DNA of 64,000 bases from an uncultured Piscirickettsiaceae bacterium (GTDB lineage Bacteria; Pseudomonadota; Gammaproteobacteria; GCF-002020875): the NCBI GenBank assembly GCA_964344135.1, contig CAYFMF010000003.1, positions 442 through 64,441 of the forward strand. Reading direction: 5' to 3'. Below, piece by piece: positions 40,004 through 51,739 of this stretch. Made by a program: the position numbers and the translations under genes. Numbering within the stretch: position 1 is the stretch's first letter; every line of letters starts with the position of its first letter. The notes under the pieces are model-generated. The model had not been told where the DNA came from. It was given only the letters and a program-made list of their open reading frames with translations, and did not search any database.

Positions 40004-42184
40004 TCAGCTCCCCCCCTGGATACGGAGTGAGCTGCGCTCCTTTCTGCGCACCCCAAGCCAGGCGGGGACAATCAGCAGCAACAGCACCGCCCCGCCCCCC
40101 CAGAGTGGCCAGAGTACCGGGCGGTTCCACTCATTGCGCAGCCGCTTCCGCTCAACCGGATCAAGCCGGACATATTTCAGGGTGTTGTTGGCCATCAGGT
40201 TGGGCTTGGTATTGCGGTACCAGGAGTGGTAGAGGCCAAAGTTCTTGGGGTGCATCCCCCAGACCCAGGGGGCATCCTCTCGCAGCAGGGCCACCATGCG
40301 GTCGATCATCTGCTGCCGCTGCGCTCCATTCTCCATGTTCTTCATCTCTTCAAAGAGGCGGTTGAACTCCGGGCTGTCATAGTTGGAGGCATTCTCCCCA
40401 TTCTTCCCCATCTTGGCATTGGGGCCATAGAGCAGAAAGAGGAAGTTCTCGGGATCGGGATAGTCGGCATTCCACCCCCAGAGGTAGATCTGGGCACTGC
40501 CGTTGAGCATCTTGTCCTGAAAACGGTTGTAGTCGGTATTGCGAATCACCAGCTGCAGATCGATCTTCTCAAACTGCTTGCGATACCAGTCCATCCGCGC
40601 CTTGTCATCCGGTCCACTGGCGGTCACATCGAAATAGAGGGTCAGCGGCTTGCCTGTCTCGCGATCGCGCCCCTTGGGATAACCGGCCTCGGCCAGCAGC
40701 GCGCGTGCCTCCTCCAGTGGGCGACGCTTTGCTCTGCCACTCTCCCAGCGGTAGACCAGCGGATTGATACCAGGCTCCCCCTCCTTGTGACCAAAGATCC
40801 CGGCGGGGAGCGGCCCCTGTGCCGCAATCCCGCGCCCGTTAGAGAAGATGGAGATGAACTCCTCATAGTCGACCGCAATGGAGATCGCCTGACGCAGCTT
40901 CCTGGCACGCTCACTCTCTCCACCAACCACAGGATCTGCCATATTGAACCCCATATAGAAGATCGAGGTGGAGACCGAGGTCTGGAGGCGCATCCCCTGC
41001 GCCTCCATCTCCGGCGTGAGGGCCGCTTCACCACCGGCGGTAATCTGCACCGCCTGATCAAAACTGTCGGAGCTGATCCCGGAGGCATCGTAGTAGCCCT
41101 GGAGAAACTTGTTCCAGTAGGGGATCGTCTCCTTCTCCAGACTGAACTCGATTCGGTCGAGGAACGGGATCGGCTCTCCTGCACTGGCCAACAGACCACT
41201 CTCCCTGTCTTCCGCCTCCCCCTCCAGCGGATAGTGTTCAGGATGGTGGTTGGGGTTGCGCTCCAGAACCATCTTGCGGTTGGGGTTGTTGAGCGTCAGC
41301 ATGAAGGGGCCGCTTCCAACCGGATACCAGTCGAGGGTGATGTTCTTCTCCCGTAGCAGTGGCTGGGCATGAAAGCGGTCCGCCTCCCATGGCATGGGGG
41401 AGAAGAAGGGCATCGCCAGCCAGTAGATGAACTGGGGGTACTTGCCCTTTATCTTGATCCGGTAGGTCAGGCTGTCCACCCGCTCCACCCCCTCAAGCGG
41501 GAACTCCCGCAGATCAAGCCAGCCGTCCGGGTCCCCCTCTCTGGACTGCTTCAGCGCGTCACGCAGGGGCTGTAGCCCAACAATATGTTCTGTCATCAGC
41601 CCGAATATCGGGGAGTGGAGCGCGGGGTGGGCAAGGCGCTTGATCTGATAAATATAATCCTCTGCGGTCACCTTGCGTGTGCCCTGTTGCGGAAAATCGG
41701 CCATCCGCTCGATTCCGGCGGCCTCATCCTCCCCCAGATTGGCATAGCGCATCTCCCCCTGCTCATCCCTTACAAAGGCGGGATGGGGCTGATAGTGTGC
41801 CCCCTCCCGCACCCGAACCTCATAGATGGAGTGGGCAATCCTCTCAACCGGCGCATCCTCGGGCAGCTGCTCTCCATCGGCATCCAGGTAGATCACCCTG
41901 GGCATCACTGCCGCCCCCAGAGGCTCAAGCTGATAGGGGCGCTTGAGATAGTGGTACTGCAGTGGCGGCTCATAGATCTGCCCAATAAAGGTGTACTCAT
42001 TGGAGCTGTAGGAGCGCGCAGGATCGAGGTGTTTCGGTCGTCCGGAGAAGGAGGAGTAGAGCACCTGCTCCTCCACCCCCTCCTGTGGATAGGGGTTGTT
42101 CCAGCTCGCCTGGAGAGGCAGTGAAAGGACCATTCCGACCAGGATGGTGAATAATCCCCCTCTTTTATTCTTGTTAGCGCCCAC
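40004..42184 (-). CDS. ABC transporter family-5 substrate-binding protein (YejA-like) with a C-terminal hydrophobic anchor
   Basis: 726 aa. Signal peptide, SBP_bac_5-like body. C-terminus ...NRPVLWPLWGGGAVLLLLIVPAWLGVRRKERS is a predicted transmembrane helix. Confidence 0.75.
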   Translation of the reverse strand: MGANKNKRGGLFTILVGMVLSLPLQASWNNPYPQEGVEEQVLYSSFSGRPKHLDPARSYSSNEYTFIGQIYEPPLQYHYLKRPYQLEPLGAAVMPRVIYLDADGEQLPEDAPVERIAHSIYEVRVREGAHYQPHPAFVRDEQGEMRYANLGEDEAAGIERMADFPQQGTRKVTAEDYIYQIKRLAHPALHSPIFGLMTEHIVGLQPLRDALKQSREGDPDGWLDLREFPLEGVERVDSLTYRIKIKGKYPQFIYWLAMPFFSPMPWEADRFHAQPLLREKNITLDWYPVGSGPFMLTLNNPNRKMVLERNPNHHPEHYPLEGEAEDRESGLLASAGEPIPFLDRIEFSLEKETIPYWNKFLQGYYDASGISSDSFDQAVQITAGGEAALTPEMEAQGMRLQTSVSTSIFYMGFNMADPVVGGESERARKLRQAISIAVDYEEFISIFSNGRGIAAQGPLPAGIFGHKEGEPGINPLVYRWESGRAKRRPLEEARALLAEAGYPKGRDRETGKPLTLYFDVTASGPDDKARMDWYRKQFEKIDLQLVIRNTDYNRFQDKMLNGSAQIYLWGWNADYPDPENFLFLLYGPNAKMGKNGENASNYDSPEFNRLFEEMKNMENGAQRQQMIDRMVALLREDAPWVWGMHPKNFGLYHSWYRNTKPNLMANNTLKYVRLDPVERKRLRNEWNRPVLWPLWGGGAVLLLLIVPAWLGVRRKERSSLRIQGGS

Positions 42185-42318
42185 TATGTCTGTGTAGAAT
42201 TAGCCGGATAAAGGAGTCGGTTCGGTTCCCATTGGTGTCACCATTGTGAGGATTGGATCATATCAGAATATCACGCGTTAAAACCGCGTTGAAAGCGAAA
42301 AGCGGACGAGGATTTGTG

Positions 42319-43119
42319 ATGGGATTCATGCAGGGAAAAAAGGCGCTGGTTGTCGGTGTCGCCAGTAACCGTTCAATCGCCTGGGGGATCGCCAAGGCGA
42401 TGCACCGTGAGGGGGCCGAGATTGCCCTCACCTACCAGGGTGACAAACTGAAGGGGCGTGTCGAGAAGCTCGCCGCAGAGCTCGGAAGCGAGATCACCAT
42501 CCCCTGCGATGTCTCCAGTGATGAGGAGATCAGAAACACCTTCAAGCGCCTCTCCACCCACTGGGATGGCCTCGACTGCCTGGTCCACTCGGTCGCCTTC
42601 TCTCCCAAGGGGGAGCTGGATGGGCGTTTTGTCGATTCGGTCACCCGGGAGGGGTTCAAGATTGCCCACGACATCAGCTCATTCAGCTTTTCGGCACTGG
42701 CCCGTGAATCCCTGCCGATGATGGAGGGTCGCAACGGCTCCATGTTGACGCTGAGCTATCTGGGCGCAGTGCGCTCCATCCCCCACTACAACGTGATGGG
42801 GCTGGCCAAGGCGAGCCTGGAGGCCAATGTGCGCGCACTGGCCGCTGACCTGGGGCCGGATGGAATCCGCGTCAATGGCCTCTCTGCCGGTCCGATCAAG
42901 ACACTGGCCGCAAAGGGAATTGGCGACTTCAACCTGCTGCTCGACTACTCGGAGAAGAATTCACCGCTGCGCCGCAATGTCACCATTGACGAGGTGGGTA
43001 ATGTGGGGGCCTTCCTCTGCTCCGATCTCAGCTCTGGAGTCACTGGAGAGATCACCTATGTGGACGGTGGCTACAACACAACCGGAATGGGGATCTATGG
43101 GATCGCGGATGGCTCCTGA
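42319..43119 (+). CDS. fabI: Enoyl-[acyl-carrier-protein] reductase (NADH)
   Basis: Start [25 protein letters not shown] as in E. coli FabI. Catalytic Y...K motif present. Confidence 0.85.
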   Translation: MGFMQGKKALVVGVASNRSIAWGIAKAMHREGAEIALTYQGDKLKGRVEKLAAELGSEITIPCDVSSDEEIRNTFKRLSTHWDGLDCLVHSVAFSPKGELDGRFVDSVTREGFKIAHDISSFSFSALARESLPMMEGRNGSMLTLSYLGAVRSIPHYNVMGLAKASLEANVRALAADLGPDGIRVNGLSAGPIKTLAAKGIGDFNLLLDYSEKNSPLRRNVTIDEVGNVGAFLCSDLSSGVTGEITYVDGGYNTTGMGIYGIADGS

Positions 43120-43144
43120 GCGCTTTGCGGATAATCGATAACGC

Positions 43145-43171
43145 AAAAGCCCGGCACTGCCGGGCTTTTTG
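43145..43171. terminator. Bidirectional intrinsic terminator between fabI and ppiD
   Basis: aaaa-gcccggc-act-gccgggc-ttttt, with A-run and T-run flanks. Confidence 0.7.
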
Positions 43172-43194
43172 TTGAGAGAACTCACACTCTTCGA

Positions 43195-45123
43195 TCAGTT
43201 AAGCTGATCCTCGTGAATCACAACCTCTGCACGCTCTCGCAGATTGGCCACATAGCTCTGATAGTGACTCATCACATTGCGATTGCGCAGCTCTCGGCGC
43301 AGTGCCTCCCGCTCCTTCTCACTCATCGCATCCAGATTACCATCCTCAACCGCACTGAACTCGATCAATGCATAACCGCCCCCCTGCAGCTCACTTCCTG
43401 CATAGGAGAGCACTCCACCATCCAGAGTATCCGTGTTGATCCGGAACAGGCGTGTCACCACCTCGGGCGGGAGTGACTGGTTGTTGCGCCCAATCTTCTC
43501 AACCTCACCCCACTCGACTGCAGCCTGTTCAGCCACAGCCTGTGGAGTCATCTCCCCAGCCTGAACTTTCTGCAGCAGCTCCAGCCCCTGGTTGCGCGCC
43601 TCTACCCGGGCACGCTGGTCGAGGATGGCATCAACCACCTGCAGACGCACCTCATCGAGCGGTTTCCTGGTGGCCGGCTTGTGTTCATGGATACGGACAA
43701 CCACCATGCGATCCTCCGCAAGCTCTATTGGATCACTGTTCTTGCCGTTGGTCAGTACCATGTCGGAGAAGGCCTCCTTGATCACCCCGGGATTGGTTGC
43801 AATCCCGCTGGCCCCACCCTGACGGCCAAAGAGTGTGCTCTGCTTGACCTTCAGCCCCACCGCCGCTGCCGCACCCTCCAGCGTATCCGGCTCCTCATAG
43901 GCAATATTGGCGATGGTCTCGGCATGTTCATAAAAGAGATCCTCTGCAGTGCGCCGTCTCAACTCTGCACTCAGTTCACCCCGCACCTCCTCAAAGGGGC
44001 GAATCTCCTCGGCCTGGATCTCCTCCAGACGAATCAGGTGAAAACCAAATGGGGTACGGATTGGGTCGGAGAGCTCTCCCACCTGCATCGAGAAGACGGC
44101 CTCATCAAACTCCGGCACCATGATGCCACGTGGAAAGAAGTCAAGATCTCCCCCAGCCGATGCAGAGCCCGGATCATCCGAGTATGCTGCTGCCAACGCC
44201 TCAAACGACTCTCCTGCAGCCAGCTTCTCCTGCACCTCATCCAGCCGTGCCTGGGCAGCAGTGGTGGCGGCCTCATCCGCCCCCTCAGCCAGCTCGATCA
44301 GGATATGGCGTGCGTGACGCTCCTCATCGGCCAGCATGCCGCCCTTGCGCTCCTCATAGAGCTTCTCCAGGGCACTCTCCTCAACAGGCACACCTCGTGC
44401 GAGGTCGGCAACAGCGAGCTCGATATAGTCCAGGCTGACCTGCTCCGGAATCTCGTAGAGAGCGGCATTCAACTCATACTGTGCGGCAATCTCCTCGTCA
44501 TCCACCACGCGATTCCCGATGCGCTGCAGTGTGGCAGGGATGGTCAGGAGGCGCATGGTACGCACCTGATCCTGGAGACGAACCGCCTCGCGCAGCTCCT
44601 GTGGGGTGACAAAGGAGGCGTGGCGGAAGGCGGTCAAGAGCTGAGACTGCATCAGATCGGTACGGATGCCACTCTCGAAAAAGGGCTTGCTCATCCCCTG
44701 GGCAGAGAGCAGCTGCTCATAGAGTGCGGAGCTGAACCTGCCATCATGCTGGAATGCCTCGATGCGCTGTATCTGTCCAAACAGAAGCTCATCACCGATA
44801 CGGAAACCGTCACTCTCCACCGCCTGTGTCAGGAGATCATTCTCGATCATTGCATCCAGTACCGCACGACGCATCTGTGGATTTTCCATCATCTCCGGAC
44901 GATAGTTTGTCCCCATCAGTGAGCGCAGCTTCTCCCGCTGCTGCTGCAGGGAGCGCTGATAGTCATTCAGGCTGATCTCTGTGCCATTAACCTCGGCCAC
45001 GACCGCACCGCTCCCCCCCTCAAAGTAGGAGTTAATTCCCCAGAGCGCAAACGGGATAATCAACAATCCGACAATCACCCAGGCGATCCAGCTCTGCGCC
45101 TGATCATGAATACTCTGCAACAT
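43195..45123 (-). CDS. ppiD: Periplasmic chaperone/peptidyl-prolyl isomerase PpiD
   Basis: 642 aa. N-terminal TM anchor, parvulin-like domain, SurA-like chaperone regions. Confidence 0.85.
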   Translation of the reverse strand: MLQSIHDQAQSWIAWVIVGLLIIPFALWGINSYFEGGSGAVVAEVNGTEISLNDYQRSLQQQREKLRSLMGTNYRPEMMENPQMRRAVLDAMIENDLLTQAVESDGFRIGDELLFGQIQRIEAFQHDGRFSSALYEQLLSAQGMSKPFFESGIRTDLMQSQLLTAFRHASFVTPQELREAVRLQDQVRTMRLLTIPATLQRIGNRVVDDEEIAAQYELNAALYEIPEQVSLDYIELAVADLARGVPVEESALEKLYEERKGGMLADEERHARHILIELAEGADEAATTAAQARLDEVQEKLAAGESFEALAAAYSDDPGSASAGGDLDFFPRGIMVPEFDEAVFSMQVGELSDPIRTPFGFHLIRLEEIQAEEIRPFEEVRGELSAELRRRTAEDLFYEHAETIANIAYEEPDTLEGAAAAVGLKVKQSTLFGRQGGASGIATNPGVIKEAFSDMVLTNGKNSDPIELAEDRMVVVRIHEHKPATRKPLDEVRLQVVDAILDQRARVEARNQGLELLQKVQAGEMTPQAVAEQAAVEWGEVEKIGRNNQSLPPEVVTRLFRINTDTLDGGVLSYAGSELQGGGYALIEFSAVEDGNLDAMSEKEREALRRELRNRNVMSHYQSYVANLRERAEVVIHEDQLN

Positions 45124-45188
45124 GCTCTACTACCTTCCTCTTGTGATAAAAAAAGGGCGCACCTGAAAGCAGGCACGCCCTTGAGTAG

Positions 45189-45265
45189 TGGCGGAGCGGA
45201 CGGGACTCGAACCCGCGACCCCCGGCGTGACAGGCCGGTATTCTAACCAACTGAACTACCGCTCC
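45189..45265 (-). tRNA. tRNA-Asp (GTC)
   Basis: Reverse complement ggagcggtagttcagttggttagaataccggcctgtcacgccgggggtcgcgggttcgagtcccgtccgctccgcca. Cloverleaf with anticodon GUC and encoded CCA. Confidence 0.85.
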
Positions 45266-45281
45266 ACAATTCATCAATATT

Positions 45282-45358
45282 TGGTGGGTGCTGCAGGGAT
45301 CGAACCTGCGACCCTCGCCTTGTAAGGGCGATGCTCTCCCAGCTGAGCTAAGCACCCC
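45282..45358 (-). tRNA. tRNA-Val (TAC)
   Basis: Reverse complement ggggtgcttagctcagctgggagagcatcgcccttacaaggcgagggtcgcaggttcgatccctgcagcacccacca. Anticodon UAC. Confidence 0.85.
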
Positions 45359-45502
45359 ATCCTGCAGGAACCCTTCGGTTCTCCACTCGGACAGCGCGCG
45401 CTAGTTTACGGTATCCTCCTCCGCTTTACCAGTTCAAAACGGGAGTTTTTTCAAAAAAAACATGCCCTGAAACGGCTCACACTGGAGGCCACAACCCGCC
45501 CC

Positions 45503-47953
45503 TTAATGGGTCTGAATCACAGAGGAGTCCGAACCCTCGGCAGCGTGGTTATCCCCACTCTCCGCACCCTCACCCTCTGCCTCAATCTCATGCTCATTCA
45601 GCGGCTCCGGTGAGTACTGCAGCGCAATCTCCAGTACCTCATCCACCCAGCGTACCGGTTTTACCTCAAGATCCTTGAGAATATTCTCCGGAATCTCCTT
45701 GAGATCCTTTCTGTTCTCCTCGGGAATCAGTACCGTCTTGATTCCACCCCGATGGGCGGCGAGCATCTTCTCCTTGAGCCCGCCAATCGGCAATACCTCG
45801 CCACGCAGGGTGATCTCTCCGGTCATCGCCACGTCGGCCCGTACCGGAATGCCGGTCAGCACGGAGACCAGTGCGGTACACATCCCGATCCCGGCGCTGG
45901 GGCCATCCTTGGGAATTGCACCCTCAGGGACATGGATATGGATATCACTCTTCTCATACTCTGAGGGCTTGATGCCCAGCACCGCAGAGCGGCTCCTGAC
46001 AACAGTCATGGCTGCCTGGATCGACTCCTTCATCACCTCACCCAGCTGTCCGGTCACGGAGAATTTGCCCTTTCCGGGCATCACCGCACCCTCGATGGTC
46101 AACAGCTCTCCACCCACCTGGGTCCAGGCCAGGCCTGTCACCTGACCCACCTGATCCTTCTCATCCGCCAGACCATAACGGAACTTCTTGACCCCGAGAT
46201 AGTGCTCCAGATTACGGACCGAGACCGAGACCCTGCCCTTCTGTTTCTTCAGCACCAGCTCCTTGACCACCTTGCGCAACACCTTGGATAGTTCACGCTC
46301 AAGGTTTCGCACCCCGGCCTCGCGAGTGTAGTGGCGAATCACCTGCAGAATCGCCCCCTCGCTGATGCTCACCTCCTTCTGCCTGAGGCCATTGCTCTTC
46401 ATCTGCTTGGGAATCAGGTAGCGCTGGGCAATATTGAGCTTCTCCTCCTCGGTATAACCGGGGATTCGAATCACCTCCATCCTGTCTTTAAGGGGCCCTG
46501 GAATGTTCATGCTGTTTGCAGTGGCCACAAACATCACATCGGAGAGATCGTAGTCGACCTCCAGATAGTGGTCTGCAAAGGTGTCATTCTGCTCCGGATC
46601 GAGCACCTCCAGCAGCGCCGATGCCGGATCACCCCGAAAGTCCATCGCCATCTTGTCAATCTCGTCGAGCAGGAAGAGCGGATTCCTGACCTCAACCTTG
46701 CTCATGTTCTGGATGATCTTGCCCGGCATGGAGCCGATATAGGTGCGCCGGTGACCACGAATCTCCGCCTCATCCCGTACACCGCCGAGTGACATGCGGA
46801 CAAATTTTCGGCTGGTGGCACGAGCAATCGACTGCCCCAGCGAGGTCTTGCCAACACCGGGAGGGCCGACCAGACAGAGGATGGCACCCTTGATCTTGCC
46901 GACACGCTTCTGTACGGCCAGATACTCAAGGATGCGCTCCTTGACCTCCTCCAGTCCGTAGTGGTCCTCATTGAGAATCTTCTCGGCACGTACCAGATCA
47001 CTGCGCAGACGGGAGCGTTTCACCCAGGGGACACCGAGCAGGGTCTCGATATAGGTGCGTACCACCGCTGCCTCGGCAGACATCGGCGACATCATCTTCA
47101 GCTTCTTGAGCTCCGATTCCGCCTTCTCTCTGGCCTCTTTGGACATCCTGGTCTCTTTGACCTTGCGCTCCAGCTCATCAGTCTCACTGCTGCCATCCTC
47201 GGACTCCCCGAGCTCCTTCTGGATCGCCTTGATCTGCTCATTGAGATAGAACTCGCGCTGGTTGCGCTCCATCTGTTTCTTGACCCGCCCCTGAACCCGC
47301 TTCTCCACCTCAAGGATATCGAGCTCACCCTCCATCACGGAGAGAATATGCTCCATCCGCTCCTGCACGTCGAAGGTCTCCAGCAACTGCTGCTTCTCCT
47401 CGATCTTGAGCGTCATGTGGGCGGCCACCGTATCACTGAGCCGCGACGGGTCGTCGATTCCAGCCAGCGAGGTGAGGACCTCTGGTGGAATCTTCTTGTT
47501 CATTTTGACGTAGTGCTCAAACTGCCCCTGGATGGAGCGTGCCAGCACATCGACCTCGGTACCACCTGCTACCCGTTCTCGGTGAAGTGTAACCCGCGCG
47601 CGGAGCTGCCCCTGATCCTCCCCAATAGAGCGAATCAGTGCCCGATTGACCCCCTCCACCAGCACCTTGACGGTACCGTCAGGCAGTCTCAGCAGCTGCA
47701 GAATGGTGGCCACGGTACCGGCAGAGAAGAGATCCTCGACCTCTGGCTCATCCTTGCCTGCACTCTTCTGGGCGACCAGCAGAATCTGTTTCTCATCCGC
47801 CATGGCGCTCTCCAGTGCCGCAATCGAACGCGGACGACCGACAAACAGCGGGATCACCATGTGTGGATAGACCACTACATCACGCAGTGGCAGAACGGAG
47901 TACTCCTGCTCCAGTGGATCGGAAAAATCCAGGCTCTTCTCTTCAGTCCCCAT
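45503..47953 (-). CDS. lon: ATP-dependent Lon protease
   Basis: 816 aa. Lon N-domain, AAA+ GPPGVGKTS, proteolytic Ser-Lys dyad region (PKDGPSAG). Confidence 0.95.
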   Translation of the reverse strand: MGTEEKSLDFSDPLEQEYSVLPLRDVVVYPHMVIPLFVGRPRSIAALESAMADEKQILLVAQKSAGKDEPEVEDLFSAGTVATILQLLRLPDGTVKVLVEGVNRALIRSIGEDQGQLRARVTLHRERVAGGTEVDVLARSIQGQFEHYVKMNKKIPPEVLTSLAGIDDPSRLSDTVAAHMTLKIEEKQQLLETFDVQERMEHILSVMEGELDILEVEKRVQGRVKKQMERNQREFYLNEQIKAIQKELGESEDGSSETDELERKVKETRMSKEAREKAESELKKLKMMSPMSAEAAVVRTYIETLLGVPWVKRSRLRSDLVRAEKILNEDHYGLEEVKERILEYLAVQKRVGKIKGAILCLVGPPGVGKTSLGQSIARATSRKFVRMSLGGVRDEAEIRGHRRTYIGSMPGKIIQNMSKVEVRNPLFLLDEIDKMAMDFRGDPASALLEVLDPEQNDTFADHYLEVDYDLSDVMFVATANSMNIPGPLKDRMEVIRIPGYTEEEKLNIAQRYLIPKQMKSNGLRQKEVSISEGAILQVIRHYTREAGVRNLERELSKVLRKVVKELVLKKQKGRVSVSVRNLEHYLGVKKFRYGLADEKDQVGQVTGLAWTQVGGELLTIEGAVMPGKGKFSVTGQLGEVMKESIQAAMTVVRSRSAVLGIKPSEYEKSDIHIHVPEGAIPKDGPSAGIGMCTALVSVLTGIPVRADVAMTGEITLRGEVLPIGGLKEKMLAAHRGGIKTVLIPEENRKDLKEIPENILKDLEVKPVRWVDEVLEIALQYSPEPLNEHEIEAEGEGAESGDNHAAEGSDSSVIQTH

Positions 47954-47959
47954 GGGGTA

Positions 47960-49228
47960 CTATTCGGATGCTGCGAGCTTCTGCTGCTCGCCACCCTCAA
48001 GGATCAGCAGTGGCTCTGATTTCCCCTCAATAACCGAGGCATCGACAACCACCTTCTCCACATTCTCGTAGGATGGGAGGTGGTACATGGTATCGAGCAG
48101 TGCGTGCTCAAGGATGGAGCGCAGACCACGTGCACCGGTCTTGCGCTTGATCGCCTTCTTGGCAATGGCACGCAGCGCATCCTCGCGGATATCGAGCTCA
48201 ACACCCTCCATCTCAAAGAGCTTGCCATACTGCTTGGTCAGTGCATTCTTCGGTTCGGTGAGAATCCGTATCAGGGCATCCTCATCCAGCTCCTGCAGGG
48301 TGGCCTCCACCGGGAGACGTCCCACAAACTCCGGAATCAGACCATACTTGATCAGATCCTCAGGCTCCACATCGGTGAGGATCTCACCCACAGAGCGCTC
48401 ATCATCCTTGCCCTTGACCTCGGCAGAGAAGCCAATACCGCTCTTCTCGGAGCGGTCACGAATGATCTTGTCCAGCCCGGCAAAGGCACCACCACAGATA
48501 AAGAGGATCTTGCTGGTATCGACCTGCAGGAACTCCTGCTGCGGGTGCTTGCGTCCACCCTGCGGTGGAACCGATGCAGTGGTCCCCTCGACCAGCTTCA
48601 GCAGCGCCTGCTGCACACCCTCACCAGAGACATCGCGGGTGATGGAGGGGTTATCGGACTTGCGTGAAATCTTGTCGATCTCGTCCACATAGATGATGCC
48701 ACTCTCGGCGCGCTCAACGTCATAGTCACACTTCATCAGCAGTTTCTGGATGATGTTCTCGACATCCTCACCCACGTACCCCGCCTCTGTCAGGGTGGTG
48801 GCATCGGCAATGGTAAAGGGGACATTGAGAATACGGGCCAGTGTCTCGGCCAGCAGTGTCTTGCCGGATCCGGTTGGGCCGATCAGCAATACATTGCTCT
48901 TTGCCAGCTCCACATCATCCCGCTTGTAGCCGGACTCCACACGCTTGTAGTGGTTGTAGACAGCAACCGAGAGGGTCTTCTTGGCCTGGTCCTGGCTGAT
49001 CACATAGTCATCGAGTGTTGCACGGATCTTCTCCGGAATCGGCAGAGAGGATTCCGAGCTCTCCCCCTCACTCTCATCCTGCTCCTCCCGAATGATGTCA
49101 TTGCAGAGCTCGACACACTCATCACAGACATAAACAGATGGGCCTGCGATCAGTTTTCGCACCTCATTCTGGCTCTTTCCGCAGAAAGAGCAGTAGAGCA
49201 ACTTGCCATCTTCTTCGTTATCACTCAT
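47960..49228 (-). CDS. clpX: ATP-dependent Clp protease ATP-binding subunit ClpX
   Basis: 422 aa. Zinc-binding CSFCGK...CDEC, Walker A GPTGSGKT. Confidence 0.95.
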   Translation of the reverse strand: MSDNEEDGKLLYCSFCGKSQNEVRKLIAGPSVYVCDECVELCNDIIREEQDESEGESSESSLPIPEKIRATLDDYVISQDQAKKTLSVAVYNHYKRVESGYKRDDVELAKSNVLLIGPTGSGKTLLAETLARILNVPFTIADATTLTEAGYVGEDVENIIQKLLMKCDYDVERAESGIIYVDEIDKISRKSDNPSITRDVSGEGVQQALLKLVEGTTASVPPQGGRKHPQQEFLQVDTSKILFICGGAFAGLDKIIRDRSEKSGIGFSAEVKGKDDERSVGEILTDVEPEDLIKYGLIPEFVGRLPVEATLQELDEDALIRILTEPKNALTKQYGKLFEMEGVELDIREDALRAIAKKAIKRKTGARGLRSILEHALLDTMYHLPSYENVEKVVVDASVIEGKSEPLLILEGGEQQKLAASE

Positions 49229-49539
49229 CCAGTCAGTACCTTATCTATTGTCATTAACCCGTATTGGAACCTTAAATCTTACACACTCGCCCTGATCCTG
49301 CAAGTACCTGCATCAACTACTGCCCGGATCCGCATATGGAACCACGGATTTGGGATCAACATATTGATCCAACAGAAAAAATCCACTCTTTCCGGCAACT
49401 GCCAGGAGGCGGTCGAAAAATGGCGCACCTACCCTTCCAGAGAGGGCGTTTCCCGGATCCCAATAATTTCAGGTGTGTTGGCAGCTCCTGCCACCGATTA
49501 TACGGAAGAGCCTCCAAAGAAACCAACTATTTTTGTTGG

Positions 49540-50148
49540 TTATTGCTCTCGACTGGAGAGCACCTGATCAATCAGACCATACTCCACCGAGACATCACCA
49601 CTCATGAAATTGTCACGATCGGTATCCCTGCGGATCTGCTCCATGGGCTGTCCGGTATGGTTTGCCAGGATGGTATTGAGACGCTCACGCACATCCAGTA
49701 TCTCCTTGGCGTGGATCTCGATATCCGAGGCCTGCCCCTGGAAACCGCCGAGCGGCTGATGAATCATCATTCTGGAGTGTGGCAGGCAGAAACGCTTGCC
49801 CTTGGCACCCCCCGTCAACAGCAGTGCCCCCATGCTGGCCGCCTGACCAATGCACATGGTGCTGACATCCGGCTTGATGAACTGCATGGTGTCATAGATG
49901 GAGAGCCCGGCCGTAACCGACCCACCCGGTGAGTTGATGTAGAGGTGAATGTCCTTGTCCGGATTCTCCGACTCCAGGAAGAGTAGTTGTGCCACCACCA
50001 GATTGGCCATCTGGTCCTCGACGGGCCCCACCAGAAAGATGACGCGCTCCTTGAGCAGACGGGAGTAGATGTCATAGGCGCGCTCCCCGCGCGAGGACTG
50101 CTCCACCACCATGGGGACCATGCCAAGATTCTCGATTGGTGAACTCAT
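49540..50148 (-). CDS. clpP: ATP-dependent Clp protease proteolytic subunit ClpP
   Basis: 202 aa. Active site GQAASMG with the His/Asp triad region. Confidence 0.95.
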   Translation of the reverse strand: MSSPIENLGMVPMVVEQSSRGERAYDIYSRLLKERVIFLVGPVEDQMANLVVAQLLFLESENPDKDIHLYINSPGGSVTAGLSIYDTMQFIKPDVSTMCIGQAASMGALLLTGGAKGKRFCLPHSRMMIHQPLGGFQGQASDIEIHAKEILDVRERLNTILANHTGQPMEQIRRDTDRDNFMSGDVSVEYGLIDQVLSSREQ

Positions 50149-50208
50149 TTGATTACTCTTCCTCCAGATAGTTGAATCGTTAACAGCCGATAGAGGCGTT
50201 TTGGCACC

Positions 50209-51513
50209 CTACGCCGTTTGACCGGCATTGGCCTTCTGCATCAGCTCCTCAAAACCCATGCTCGCCTCACTGACCTCGGCATCCTTCATGACCAGATCCA
50301 CAACCTGCTCCTCAAGGGCCAGATTCTGCACCCCCTCCAGATACTGAGGGTTCTTGTTGTACCACTCAATCACCTCTTTTGGATCCTCATAACCGGCAGC
50401 CATACGCTCAATATGGCTCTGTACCAGTGTTGGGTCGACCTGGACATTGTGCTCACGCACCACCTCGGCAAGGACCAGCCCCAGCTTGACCCTGCGCTCG
50501 GCCTGCCCCTTGAAGAGGTCCGGGCTCAGCACACCCTCCTGCCCCTGCATCTGCTGCTTCATGTTCTCGACCATGCGGGCGGCCTCCTCGTCAATCAATG
50601 CACCGGGCACATCAAAACCGTGGCTCTCATAGAGTCCATCCATCACCTGGCTCTTGTTGACCGTCTCAACAGCCTGATCACACTCACGCTGCATATTCTC
50701 CCGAATCTGCTTGCGGAACGCCTCAACCCCCCCCTCCGTCACCCCATACCCGGAGATAAACTCATCATCCACCTCGGGAAGCACCTGCTCGGAGACGGTG
50801 CTGACCTTGATTGCGAACTGAGCCTCCTTTCCAGCCAGCTCTTCGGCCGCATAGTCCTCGGGGAAGGTGACATCGATACTCTTCTCATCGCCCGCCTTCA
50901 TTCCAGCAATCCCCTCCTCAAATCCCCCAATCATTGAACCGGATCCGAGGGTTACGGGAACCCCCTCTGCCGAGCCGCGCTCAAAGGCCTCGCCATCGAT
51001 GGTGCCGGCAAAGTCGATCACCACCTGGTCACCATCGGCCGCCTCTCGCTCAACCTCGCTCCAGCTCTGCTGCTGGCTACGCAGGTTGTCAATCATCTTG
51101 TCCATGTCCTCCTCACCAATCTCAACCACCGGCTTCTCCACCTTGATCCCGGCAAAGGAGGTGATCTCAAACTCGGGATAGACCTCAAAGGTCGCCTTAA
51201 AGGTCAGCGCCTTGCCTGCCGCAATCTCCTCTGGGTCGATCTGTGGCGCACCGGCCGGAGAGAGCTTCTCCTGGTTGACCGCCTCACCAAAGCTGGCCTG
51301 AATCACCTCTCCAGCCACCTCATGCAGTACGGAATCGCCAAAACGCTTCTTCACCACCGCCATCGGCACCTTGCCCGGGCGGAAACCATTCAGTTTGACC
51401 GTATTTTTCATTCGATTGAGGCGATCAGCCACCTCCTTGTCAACGCGCTCCGCCGGAACGGTGACTGTCATGATGCGCTCTAGCCCCTGGCTTGTCTCTA
51501 CAGATACTTCCAT
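50209..51513 (-). CDS. tig: Trigger factor
   Basis: 434 aa. Ribosome-binding GFRPGKVP motif and FKBP-type PPIase domain. tig-clpP-clpX-lon synteny. Confidence 0.9.
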   Translation of the reverse strand: MEVSVETSQGLERIMTVTVPAERVDKEVADRLNRMKNTVKLNGFRPGKVPMAVVKKRFGDSVLHEVAGEVIQASFGEAVNQEKLSPAGAPQIDPEEIAAGKALTFKATFEVYPEFEITSFAGIKVEKPVVEIGEEDMDKMIDNLRSQQQSWSEVEREAADGDQVVIDFAGTIDGEAFERGSAEGVPVTLGSGSMIGGFEEGIAGMKAGDEKSIDVTFPEDYAAEELAGKEAQFAIKVSTVSEQVLPEVDDEFISGYGVTEGGVEAFRKQIRENMQRECDQAVETVNKSQVMDGLYESHGFDVPGALIDEEAARMVENMKQQMQGQEGVLSPDLFKGQAERRVKLGLVLAEVVREHNVQVDPTLVQSHIERMAAGYEDPKEVIEWYNKNPQYLEGVQNLALEEQVVDLVMKDAEVSEASMGFEELMQKANAGQTA

Positions 51514-51739
51514 GTCTACTTCTCGATTCAGTGGTTGATGGTTGGAGGCTCCGGAAGTCCACTTCCGCTGAGCCGTGAAAGCGGCCTATTGTAGTACAGC
51601 AGTGGATAAATAACTATCTCCAGGAGCCTGTCGGATTTATGGGTGCCACGGCAAAAAAGCCCTGACGCAGTGACAGATTCATGAGTAGAATTGAGTTCTT
51701 GATCATGGAAGCATATCGAACCGACATGGAGAAGAAGCA

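Noticed and set aside
45185-45360. Possibility that the tRNA-Asp/Val pair marks a genomic-island integration site
   Set aside because: No integrase, direct repeat of a tRNA 3' end, or foreign-looking genes flank them. The neighbours on both sides are core genes (lon, ppiD).
51528-51615. Possible tRNA or structured RNA just upstream of tig (tggttggaggctccggaagtccacttccg...)
   Set aside because: No T-loop (GTTCRANYC) or D-loop consensus and no cloverleaf could be built. It is only a short hairpin in the divergent tig/acs promoter region.
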